Below the pieces are notes generated by a model. It had not been told where the DNA came from. It saw nothing but the letters and a program-made list of their open reading frames with translations, and did no database searches. Positions 10,901-22,900 of a stretch of 64,000 nucleotides of DNA are shown here, in pieces (positions within the stretch are counted from its first letter, which is position 1; each line of letters starts with the position of its first letter). The stretch comes from Vitrella brassicaformis CCMP3155 (taxonomy: Eukaryota; Protista; Chromerida). The DNA is taken from NCBI GenBank assembly GCA_001179505.1, contig CDMY01001064.1, positions 124,001 through 188,000 of the forward strand, written 5' to 3'. A program made the translations under genes and the position numbers.

Positions 10901-12427
10901 CTGAGGCTGCTACGGCTCACCTGGATCATGAAGGACGGCAAGGCGTCGACGGTGCTCAAGGCCTGCAGCTCCTCCATCTCGTTGGTCCTGCTGTCCATTT
11001 TACTGCTGCGAGTGAGCCTACCGCTGGTCTATTATCCCCCTTGGGCGCAGCAGACAGCCGCTGCTGATGGCGCACTTCTACCATGCCATCGGCACTTCCA
11101 CGCCTACCTCCTGACCATCAATCTCCAGCTCTCCAGCGGCAACTTCTCCCTCTACCGTGATAGCAGCTTGTCAGCTGACGCCGACACACATGCCCTGCAG
11201 ATCACCCACGCAACCAAGACATTCCTCCTCTTCGTGACGGCCACCGACAGCGACCATCGCGGCACCTGCATCCGATTTGCTGCGGCCTGGCTCAGCTACT
11301 TGTGTCTGGCGGTTGCCTTCCTCGCCGGATGGGTGCTGCGGGACCCCTGCAGCGGCAAAAGGCGGGAGATAGAGCGGGTGAGAGGCGACAGTAGGGAGCT
11401 GGTGGTGTGGCGTCGGATCGCACATGTGCTGGACAAAGCCCTGAGCAAGTATGAGAAGGTCCACACGAGGGGGAGGGACAGGCGTCAAGGACGATGTAGC
11501 CTACCGGCCGACAGCCATTGCAGTCGTGATAGGTAAGAATCAGCACCCCCACACCACTCACAGGCAGGGCAGGGGGAGGGATTGAGAAGGCATGTTTGCT
11601 GTTGTTGTTGTTGTCGTTGTTGTTGTTGCAGTAATATGGCGGCTGAGCCATCATCGTGTGCGGACGTGGCACGGTGGGCGAAACAGGCGACATCGTGTGG
11701 ACAATGGACATCAAGTGTGCTGTCCTTTTCGGCTGCTGCCAGTCTCGAGGCGCGTGTGCGTGAGCGTAGTGAGCGTGTCCAGGCGCTGGAAGCAGAGCGA
11801 CATGCACTACTGCAGCAGCTCCAGAGCCGAGAGGAACAATACCGTGATCAGTGCAGCAAGTGAGAGGAGACGAACATGGTTGTTTCTCTGCATGTCTTTC
11901 TTCCCCTCAGGTATGAGTATGAGCTGCTGTCGTCGATAGAGAGGACCAAGGAGCTGTCACGTCGACTGAATGAGGCGAACGCCGTCATAGCCGAGAGCAA
12001 CGCGAGAGTGCAGATGCTAGTGCAGGCACACCAAACCGAGAATGCCCGGTGGGTGGGGTGGTCGGGTGGATGAGACATGCAACCACACACACACATATCG
12101 AGCATTCATGGTGGGGTCGTGTTGTGTTGTGTTATGTGCCTGCACCCCTGCAGCCTCCGTGACAGCAACCACAGGCGGTGGCTGCGCGTCCAGGAGCTGC
12201 ACCAAGAACTCGCCCTCATGCAGTCACACATGCAGGAGTCAGCACACACCACATCCATCCATCCATCCATCTGTGAGCACTGATTTCTTGTTCTATTATT
12301 CTCTGTGTGGTGTCATGTTAGGCGTGAGGCCGACGTGCAGGCCAAGGAGGCCCTTCTGAGTAGATGCCCACACGAGCTGAGCCCGTCTGCGGCCCTCATC
12401 AAGCAGCTGGCCAACGACGAGACGTAG
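10901..12427 (+). CDS. Hypothetical protein: two hydrophobic segments followed by a long coiled coil
   Basis: Exon 10901-11531 (SISLVLLSILLLRVSLPLV; AAAWLSYLCLAVAFLAGWVL) splices in phase (ag|t aat atg) to heptad-rich exons LEARVRERSERVQALEAER..., YEYELLSSIERTKELSRRLNEANA..., ending QLANDET*. 5' exon unresolved. Confidence 0.6.
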
Positions 12428-12844
12428 TCATGTGGCTGACTTGCCCAATATGGAAGGATGCGGGGGAGATGGATGGATGATAGCAGTAGGGTGGTGGGGG
12501 TGTTGACGGATGCCTGTGGATAGATAGTTGGTGGCCCCGTGGTGGGTGAGCGGGTGAGACAGACATGCATGATCTGATCGGGACGGCGGCATTGAAGGCA
12601 GAATGCATCGATCAATAATGAATGCATCAGTGAGGGGCCATGTACGTGTCATAGCCATCCCATCCACACAATAAACGTACCTTGACCGACCATTCAGCCA
12701 CAGGCAGGCAGACAGACAAACAAACAAGTACACACACATCACATGCACTGCAGCACTAGGGACTACACATGGGACTGTCTACACGACTAAGCAGCACAAT
12801 CTCTCTCCCCGCTCCCTCCCTCCATCGATCCATCGATCAGCTAG

Positions 12845-15800
12845 CTATGCAGTGGTGAACCCTTGGCTACCGTATCGGCACGCAACAAAGACTTTCTCCT
12901 CCAGTAGCGCACTGCTCTTATAGGGCGGCAAGTAGAGGGTGTTGAAGCACGTGGCGGCACGGGGCAGCCGCATCGTGGCAGCGTCCTCCTCACGGTCACG
13001 GCAGATACGAAATAGAGTCTGGCCGCCCAGACCCAGCAGGTGACTGCATCGCGCACAGAGACATACACAGAGAGAAGGATGAACACACAACAACCTGATG
13101 TGGTTGTATTAGTGGTGGGTGGGTGCTTACGCGAATCCCCCCGCCGGCGGATGTGACGTGCCAGTCGCGAAGCGGAGGAGCAGCCTCTGCTCATTCTCAT
13201 GCAGACGGCGGACGAACGACCAGAACCATCGGATCTGAGAGAGAGAGGGACGGACACCACACACACACACACACACATTCGTGTACTACTGACCACTGTC
13301 TGCCCCCGGCCACCTATCTATAGCATCGACCAGATGAATACCTGGTCCGAGTCGGCTGTGTATCTCTCTCCGTATGTGGTGTTGGCCTCCCAGTCGTCGA
13401 CGTTGAGGGGCTCAGTTCCGGTGCCCCTCACGCACAGCTCCAGCTCGGCAGGCGTCAGGATGGAGATCCACTCGCCGGGCAGCACGTACTGCAGGCCCTG
13501 ACGCAGCCGCTCGAGACCCTGCCGCCGCACACCCCACAAACGGGACCTGTTATATTAGGCAAGCAGACATACGAGAGGAAGGATGGGTGGTCGGTTGTGG
13601 TTGCTATGGTTGGTGTGTTTGCTCACGTGGTTGCCAGATAGACGAACTGTTCTTTGTTGTCATCGGTCACTTCGACGTTCTCGCCGTTGGGCACCAAATC
13701 GACCTGCTCGCTGCGCCCCTCACCCACCGGCACCTGGAACGAGATGAGGCCCTCGTTGATCGAGCCCTGCAGCTCCATCTTGACCAAGTCCTGCACACAC
13801 ACCAGCACGACAAACACATGATAGCACTCACTCATGCAGCCAGTAGCTGCCTGATGGTGTGGTTACCTTACCTGCCAGTTCTTGTACAGGTTCTGGTCCC
13901 ACTGCTCCATCAGCTCCACCTCGACGGTCTCCTCCTCAGCCCCTGCCTCCAGGGGCTCCTTCCGCAGCAGATACGCCCACCCCGCCAGCGCCAGAGGGAA
14001 GGCGATGGTCTCGCCGTTGACGAATGCGGTGCCGAGAAGGCGGCCCAGGCCCTCGTAGAACGACAGAGTGTTGTCGTCCTGGTCGATGTCGATCTTGGGC
14101 AGCAGATAGCGACCGCCACTGGGGTTGGCCTCAAATGCTGACAACGGACTGGAAGACGCACCCTGCATAATTAATTGCATCATGGCCACAGTGAGATAAG
14201 GCGATCCACACCCACACACACACTCTCTCTCTCTCTGTTCGTTTCTACCTCTTCTGTGGTGGCCGCATGAGCTTGTCCCGCCTGTGCCGCGAACACGCCG
14301 TGGAGTGCGTCCCACATCTCCCGCTGAGGCCCCAGGCAGATGCCCTCCTCCTCACGGCCATGCAGCTTGAATTGCACGTTTGGCCGGGGTGTGAGGAGCA
14401 TGTTCCTGTTCTTCTGCAGGAGCTGCCGGGCCACCGATTGGGACAGCTGGGTCCTCTCGACCATCAGTGAGTAGTGCCGCTCAAAGAAGACGATCTCGTT
14501 GTCGTTTCTCGTGTCGATGTAGCCCTCTCTAGGGTCGAATTCCCAGGTGTCGAGGTGTTCTGGCGGGGGGAATGCAGCCATGAGGTGGCTGTGTGCGGTG
14601 GCGGGGCCGGTTGAGAAGTCGTAATAGGCCAGGAGTTGGGCGGCGCGGCGGTAGTTGTAGTCGCGGGTGTGCTTGGTGCGGGCCTTGTTGATGAGGTAGG
14701 CCAACCAGCGGTTCTTGTTGTCGAAATCCAACACCGTGTAGCCGCGATCTAACGAAACACAACACACACACGCACACACACACGAATGTGGTCAATTGTG
14801 TCGGACGAGCGCATTCTATCATGTGGTGAATGGATGACGTGAGGTACCTGCCATGGTGCGTAGGAAGCTCAGGTGTGTGTCGAGCTTCTCGATGCGGCTG
14901 TTGGTCCTCAGGTAGGCGTTGAGGACGGCGAAGAAAGACGGCACCGTGCAGAGGTAGCGGATGAGCTTGCGGATCTGCCTGGCGCTCGCGTCGTTACCGT
15001 GCAGCGCGCCGCTGGCCAGCCGCTCCAGCTGCCCCTCCGGATTGGCCTCAAACAAGGTGGCCAGAATCTCGCGCTGCTCGAGCGACCGGCCGCCATCGGG
15101 ACCCTCGCGCGTGAAGTCGGCGTACAGCAATGGAGGCCAACCTGACAGCCGACAGCCATCTGGTCAGTGTGAATTGCAGTCTTCCTGGCTGCCCACACCT
15201 CTGAGATCGACAGCTGTGGGGTCGGCGCGATGGCTGAGCAGTAGGCGGATGATGTCGTTCTTGTTGCTGGCGCTGGGAATGGACGCAAAGTGCAGGGGGG
15301 TGGCCCTGGCCTTGTCGCGGGCCGTCACCGCCGCACCCGACTGCAGCAGCTCACGCGCACACTCGAGGTGGCCTTGCAGGCAGGCTACATGGAGGGGCGT
15401 CTGGCCTGAATGGCCACACACACACACACACACGGCCTTGCCTTCGTGTTGTGTTGTCTTGTGTCGTGTTTTGCTTTGTACCCTCCTCGTTGAGGACGTC
15501 AGCACTGAGGTGTCGCTGTCTGAAGTGGGACAGCAGCACTCTGAGGGCATCGGTGTGCACGTCATAGGCCGCAAAGTGGAGAGGCGTGTTGCGGCCACCA
15601 ATGCCGTCGGGGAGCGCGCCTCTTTTCCCTGCCTTGGTCTGCTTGGCAGCATCAACTCCCCGCACGCTCAGCAGAGACCTGAGAAGCCAGAAAGTGACGA
15701 CAGACGAGCATCACTGGGTGCGTTAAAATATATGGAGGCCTCTGCATCTCTGTGTTGTCGTACTGGAGTGCTTGGGCGTCGCCGTTCTTGGCCGCGACGT

Positions 15801-17662
15801 GCAGTGCGGTGTGTTTGCCGCCGCCGACCGGGTGGTGGATGAGGTTGGCCAGGGACCAAGTCGATCGGCTGTGGTCATCTGTCCACATGGAGGCTCCGTC
15901 GATCAGGACCTGCTTGTCGACCAACGGGCATGCATCCATCGATCGCATCAAGACAACCGTGAGTGACTTAGATAGGTACGTACGTACGTACCTGAAGCAC
16001 TGCCGTGTGACCCCTGGCAGCGCTGTGGAAGAAAGGCGACGCGCCATTGCTGTAGGCCAGCCACCCACAATGAGTTGAGTGATGTGTGTGGTGTGATGTG
16101 TGTGGTGTGATGCCACCCTCCTGACCTGTCAGGCTGGATCCACTTCTCAAACTCGCCCCAGTCCATCCCCTCCTCACCACAGATCGTGTCCACTATCAGC
16201 TGGCACCCCTTCGCATTCCCATACATGGCGCAATAGTGCAGCGGAGACCTGTCCTCCTCGTCCGTCACCAGACGGAGGCCATCGCCTCCACTTGCCGCCT
16301 TAGACCGGGCTGATGAAGCGGCTGCTGCTGCTGCTGCTGGAGGGAAAGAGTCACCGTCGCGGGCCGCGAGCAGCAGCTGCAGGGCTTCATCGGTCTCACA
16401 GGCGGCCGCTATGTGGATGGGCGTCCTGCCAAACGACACCTCCTTGGCCATGGCTGGGGCACAGCTGTTGGCAAAGAGGGCGGCCGAATCCATCTGCCCG
16501 TGGGTGATCGCCCAGCAGATGGCTACGGCGATCTGCGTCTCGCGCTTGGCGTTCCTGGGCATCTTCTTGAGTCCTTTGCTGAGCTCGTCGAGGCCCTTGA
16601 ACCGCTGCAGCGCCTTCACGAGCGGGTTGGCCTGCTTCTTGCTAATGCGGAACAAGTCTGCGGGGGGCGTGAGGTCTTCCTCCCACTTGTGTGTGGGGCC
16701 CTCCCCTTCGCCCGCACCGTCGTCCTCTTCCCCCGCCCCCTCGCCACTGTCGTCGATGAAGTCATCCATCGACGACACATCGCTGGCCGCCGGGACGCCC
16801 TCATCCTGCGATGTGTCGTCGGCGGCGGCCGGCTGGCGATGCATGGTCTCGGACAGGTCGGACTCCTCGTCACTCGACACCGTACCGCGCCGCCGAAAGT
16901 TGAACACTGGAAAATCTGGCGGGAGAGGCAAGGAAGGACACACACATGATCAATCCGCATGTACGATGACGGGGTGTCTCTCTGGGTATGTGGGTGTGCT
17001 GGCCCTAGCAGATGCCTACCTACCTCTGTGGCCCCTTCGCTTCCCCTTCTCCTTCATCTTCTTCTCGGACTTCCGCTTCTTCTGGTTGTTGCGCGACAGT
17101 GACGGCACAGCGGCAGCAGCGGCAGGGGCCTCTTCCTCAGGGAACACCAGGCCAGCATCACCATCCGCATCATCCTGGTGGCTCTGCATCTCCTCGTCCT
17201 CATTGTCCACCTCCTCGGTGGGGCGCAGCCTGCGCTTCTTCCTGCGCGAGACGACGTCACTGCCACTGTCGTTGTCGTTGTGGTTGTGTGCGGCTGCAGC
17301 TGCTGCCGCCGCCGCGACCGGAGCCCCACCACCGATCTCGTCATCGTCTTCGTCAATGACCGTCTTGCGCCGCTTCTTTGATCTGCACGCACAGTGACGC
17401 CAGAAAGGCAGGCATCTTGGGTGTGTTACCATCGTCGCTTCCCTCCCTCCCTCCTTGTGTTGTGTTGTGTTGTGTGGTACCTAGTTGCCAGCTTGTCGTC
17501 GGATGACTCGCTGCTGTTGTTGTTGTCCTTCTTGTTGGACTCATCATCGTCGCCAAGCGCCGCCCTCGAAAGCCTCCTGCGTCTGGCTGAGCGCTGACTA
17601 ATCACCCTGTTCTCCTCTTCTTCCCCTTCATCCAAACGGTCGTCCCGCCGAGTCCTTACCAT
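12845..17662 (-). CDS. Ankyrin-repeat HECT E3 ubiquitin ligase
   Basis: Acidic/basic N-terminus from ATG 17662. Ankyrin motifs RTPIHIAA, RSPLHYCA, HTALHVAA, NTPLHFAA, QTPLHVAC, ATPLHFA. HECT motifs EEEGICLGPQREMW, FYEGLGRLLG, LVPNGENVEVTDDNKEQFV, LTPAELELCVRG and LPRAATCFNTLYLPPYKS (catalytic Cys). Confidence 0.92.
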
Positions 17663-17803
17663 CCTGCTACGCTCCAAAACACAGCCGACGCCGACGCCTT
17701 TCTCTCGACCCCTTCAGAAAGCTCGCAGACGCGTTGAAAGCGGACGGCTGGATCTGCCGCTTGCCAAAGGCGTTGAGGACAGAGGCAGCGGGGACGCGAG
17801 AAT
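17663..17803. promoter_or_regulatory. Putative bidirectional promoter between the HECT ligase and SOUL genes
   Basis: Only 141 nt between divergent ATGs; no motif identified. Confidence 0.5.
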
Positions 17804-19414
17804 ATGATGGTCATTGGATGGATTCTCGTGGTGCTGAGCATCTTCCGTGCCGCCTCATGCTCTGAGATCGGCTCTGCAGATCTGCCATCGTCAGGCAGTC
17901 GTGTGGCGTCGCTGCGTCCGCAGCTGCAGGAGCTGCTGAGTCGCAGCACACCGCGCGACAAGAAGGTGTCGCTTGCAGAGACGCTGATAGATGAGCTGCG
18001 GAACGACCCTGCCGCATCGGCACGGATTATCGAAGAGGTGATTGATGTAGGCACGCACACACACACACACACACACACACGGAGAGAAGACTGGTGCGGC
18101 ATACAGACAAGCGCATGCGTGTGTGTGTGTGATTTGCCGTGTGGTGTTCCTGCAGGTGTTGGATGAGCCTGACGTGAAGGGCCTGTTGAGTATGGTCAAG
18201 TTTGCGCTATCTGAGTACCGCAGCAACCTGAGGAGCCTCCGCCGACTGCTGGTCGACATCATTCTGCCGGAAATACAGCGAGACGGAGACGAGGGGGAAC
18301 AAGGCAAGTCCACACATGCGTCCATCCATCCATCCAAGTGCAGTTTCACATCATATGTGCGCTGTTTGTCGTGTGTGTGCAGATGACCTGGCTCTTCTGA
18401 AGGATGGCCTAAAACTCATTGCCCGCGTCCTGCCAGAAGCCAAGTCAGGTGTGTGACTCCCAATGGACATCTCGTTCCGTCATGTCTATCTGATTCTTCG
18501 TTTTGTCGTGTCGTGTGGATGCGTTGCAACGAAATGGAATGCAGCCCGTGCGCTCGAGAGCGAGGCCCGGCGTCGCATGCGTCGCACCAGCCCCAAGGAG
18601 ATGCTCACACGCACGCCCAGCGGCCTCGAGACCCCCAAGTACCTCGTCATCAAGCGCACGCGGAGATACGAAATCCGACAGGTGTGTCGCCCAACGTCCA
18701 TGCGGCCCTCTGCAATGGTCTCCCTCTCTGCGTGCCCCTCTGCCCTCTGCCAGTACTTGCCTTACAGTGTGTGCGAGACGGCCATGGATGACGAGCCCTA
18801 CCGCACCGCCATCGACCCCGCCCGCCGACGCGTTCAGAACCCCAAGCGATACTCGGCCTTCTACCGCCTCGCCAACTACCTGTTCGGGGGCAATCGACGC
18901 AAGGAGAGCATGGCCATGACCACACCCGTCCTGATGGACTTCACCGAGCCAAGACCGTCCCCTTTCCGACGCGCTTTGAACGCAATTGGCGTGGGTGGTC
19001 GCCGAGTGCGGATGTCGTTTGTGATGCCGTCCAAGTACTGGGAGAGGGAGGGGGGCTCTAAGACCCCGCCGCGGCCGGAGGGGTGGGGCGTACGGGTGCG
19101 GTACGTGGAGCCGCAGGTGATGGCCGTGGCATACTTCGGGGGCATCAGCAACAAGGCCAAAGTCGACGCTGCCAGAGACAAGTGAGCCGGGGCGGGAAGA
19201 GTGGGCGAGTAAGGGCTGGCTGTCATTGATCTGATGGATGTGTGTGTGCAGGTTGCTGTTGGGGCTGGCCAAGGACGGCATCGACGTGGAAGACCCCGAG
19301 TCGTACACGCTGCTGCAGTACAACGACCCCTTCACCGCGCCCTGGATGAGGCGCAACGAGGTGGCCGTCAAGGTCAGCTGGCCGCCCTCCACCAGATCTT
19401 TCCTCAAGAAGTGA
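17804..19414 (+). CDS. SOUL/HBP-family haem-binding protein with signal peptide
   Basis: MMVIGWILVVLSIFRAASC leader. LETPKYLVIKRTRRYEIRQY, AFYRLANYLFGGN...MAMTTPV, MSFVMPS, MAVAYFGG and LLQYNDPFTAPWMRRNEV are typical SOUL motifs. Confidence 0.9.
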
Positions 19415-19978
19415 AGTGAAGCGCTCTCTTCCCTTGTCCGCTCTGGCATCTCCTACCTAGCTTCGCTGTCTTGTACATACACACATGCAATCAATAGGGT
19501 CTGTCTGTCTCTGTTTATCTGTGGCTCTTTGTGAGAGAGGGAGGGAGGGAGGCGAGATGGATGGATGGATGGATGGACGAGTGAGTGATTAGTCAGTCGT
19601 TTAAGCGTGTGAGAGACTGGCTTGTAGCGAGCGAGCCAGCGAGTTGTGTTGTATCCTCCCATGCATGTAGCTGTGGCAAAGACGGACAGCGTAGCAGTCA
19701 GTGGATGGGGGTGGATGAGATGAGATGCGATCGATGGTGCAGCGACTATCTATTGACATTGGTGGACTCACACGGCAGTCAGACGGACGGATCCGATCCG
19801 GACACGCATGCACTATACAACATGTATGACGACACGACCCGTGTGCAGCCACTTCTGAACGAACAGAACACCTCACGGACGGATAAACGCACATACCGCC
19901 TCCGCATCTAATCAGCTTCCCCTCATGCTCGCGCCACGGCTGTTCGTTCCCTCTATGTGATCCACTGGCGTAGGCTAC

Positions 19979-22900
19979 TCAGTCCATTGGTTCTTGCTTG
20001 ATGACTATTGGCTCCTCCTTCAACACTGGAGCTGCGATCGACGCCGGCTCGGGCTGCGGCAGTGTGGGGGCCGCCGCTGGCTCGGTGTGGGGCATCGTCG
20101 AGTCTGTCGGCGGACACTGGGGGTCCGGCTCGGGCTCGTGGATGACCTGCACCCACTCAGACAAACATAATTATGTCTGGGCCCCCCCTTCAGTCTTACC
20201 GCTCTGCGTGTACGCCACGTGGCGGCCTCTCGCACCCACTCCTCCCCCCTCCCCAGCGACTCTGCCTCTTCGACCAAGGCCTCCACAGCCGCCAGGAGGG
20301 TGGCGGTGTCTTGCCGAATGGCCCCCAGCAGTTGACGGGAATACCACTTGTGAGAGCTTACGACCACGGGCATCCTATCGCCACGCTGCCAACGGGGATA
20401 GGTGATCTGCTCTGCTGCAGCGGGGGGGCCGTCGGCAGGGGTGCGTTCTATGTCGCGGTCGTCGAAGTGCTGCTTGATGTACTGCAGGCCCTGATCTGTC
20501 ACGTCGGGCAGGTGAGCGGGGGGCTGTTGGTTGGCCACCATGTCCGCAACCATCGCCTGGCACTCCGCCACACCGGCCCGACCAGGCACGTCGGCTGCCC
20601 GGCCCTCCCTCCCGATGCCAAGCTCCAGCAGCTCCACAGCACACCGCAGCAGACGCCAGTAGGTGACGGTGACTCCCGTGGCAGCGTCTCCTTGGGTGTC
20701 GGTGATGCGCAGTAGAGAGAGGAGTGTCTCTGCGATGGCGTGAGTGAGGCAGAGGGTGGGGCTGGGAGGGAGGAGGCTGCTGTCCGCCTGGTAGTAGAGC
20801 TGCTGGTTGAGGTAGCGGGCCACCCACGCGCCGATGCTGCCATGACTGGCTGGTGTTGCAGCGTCGACCTGCCGTCTCTTGAGCAGGTCGCGGTTGTGGC
20901 ACACGACGGTGAGGCAGAAATAGGTCAAGGCCTCCGGGCAGCGCTCCATCACTGTCGCTGGCAGCACGGCGTCCCGCTCCTCATCGCCGCTGTCCTGGTC
21001 TTCGGCCTGGAATCCCTCCTGTGGCTCGTGGTGTGGTGGTCTGTATGTGTTGAGGTTGCACGACAGGGGGTCCTTGAGGCTGCTGGCGAGGAGGGAGAAG
21101 AAGGGGCTGTCCCACCGCAGCAGCGGCCACTCGTGCACCAAGAAGACGGCCAGGCGGCGACAACGACACGAACGTGCGATGTGCCTGAGAGACAGACAGA
21201 CGACACACATGTCGAGATGTCACCGGTGTGGATCAGTGGGCGGGCTGGCGGCAGGCATGTGCGTGGGTCTTTTGCATTTTCCCCTTACGCGAGCGGCTCA
21301 GCGACTTTGCCCATAGCTCTCTGACGCCCCCAGCCGGCCCCCCACGCACACACCACCTCTGTGGCCATGAGTAAGGTCTTGACTTCATCGGCGACCGGTG
21401 CTGCCGCTGCTATGCTGGCGACCTGTGCCTCCAAATGAGGCCGCAGGATGGCTTGGTGGACCACCAGTGACGGGTGCTGGCAGAGAAACGCGCACAGGAA
21501 CCTCACCCACAACAGCTGGAAGCCAGAATCGACACCTGATGACAGCAGAGTGGCAGTCACGGATACGCACATGCCACTGGATGCACACAGAACTTACCGG
21601 GGAGTCTGGATGCCGCCCCCATGCTGTCCGCCAGCTCCTTGACGCACCGCTCCGCCCCACTGGAGGCCGCTGCGTCGTTGGACAGACAGTGGGCGATTGT
21701 GATGGCCCACTGCATCCCCTCCCTGATCTCATGGAGGGGGCTGGAGCCTGGCGCCTCCGGGAAGAGCTCCCCCGTGTCCGCATCGCTCACAAACGGCATA
21801 CCGAGCCCTGAGCAAGCAGGGCAGACAACGTCCGTCACAACAGGCCTGTCTTCGCTGCGCCGACCTGTGCCAGCAACCTACCTTTGAAGCATTTGGCAAC
21901 GGCAGGCTTGGTCTTGGAGACCTCCCCTTCCCTCCTCGGCCAGCTCAGCAGCGATGTCAGCAGCCTCAAGAGCGCCAACCGCAGATTCGCCCGCAGCTCA
22001 GGCAGCCCCGCGATCACCTCACTGGCCCCGTTTGTCAGCTCAGCCAGAGCCCCGAGGGCCCGCATGCAGCCTTTCCCCTCTGCGCGTCTCGCTTCCTGTA
22101 TCTCCGGCAAGTCTGCCGCCACCTTAGGTGCATGAGTGTAGGGGGCGGCGAGAGGCGTGAGGGCGTCCCTGAAGGTGGTGGTCTGTGTGGGGCCTCTGCG
22201 GTCGGCTGAGGGCCAGATGAGCTGCGTCGAGAGGTGGGGGAATGTCGTCAGGATGGCGTGTGCGGCGAGGGTGCAGGACTTGACAAGTGCGTGGGCGATC
22301 TGCGCCTTGAGATTCTGTTGGGGTATGAGGCCGGGGAATGCATCCCTGATGTGTTGGAAGAACATGTCCTTGGCCTCACGCCACGACTGCGCTGCAATCT
22401 GAACACGCCACGCACAGCAAAACGATTGAATGAGCCCTCTAGCTATTGTTTCTTTTTCCCTGCGGCCATATGAATGACCTGGGTAATGTGAAAGCACCGC
22501 AACACGCACTGCCAGTCGTCCGGCACATGGCCATCACCCCCCATCGCCCCATCTGCCACTGCATACGCCTGCCGAACGGCACCGACGAGGGACTGCAGTG
22601 ACAGCCACAGCTGCCGAACCGCCGTGTTGAGGCGCCGCTCCAGCGCAGCCGATATCTCCTGAGAGGCCTTGACGCGCGCCATCTCCTTGAGACATCCATC
22701 TATCTCGCCCACCCACACGTCGATGGCAAGGAGAGTGACGACCCGACACTTAGACACTCTCGCGATTGCCGGCTGTTGACCGTCTCCAGCTGGCACTGCG
22801 CGTGTGGCCGTCTCGAGCTGCTGCAGGTGGGCCATCAAGCAGGCAAACACGGGGCGGATGAGGTTGATGGTCTCCTGCACTCTGGCGAGCTTCCTCCTGT

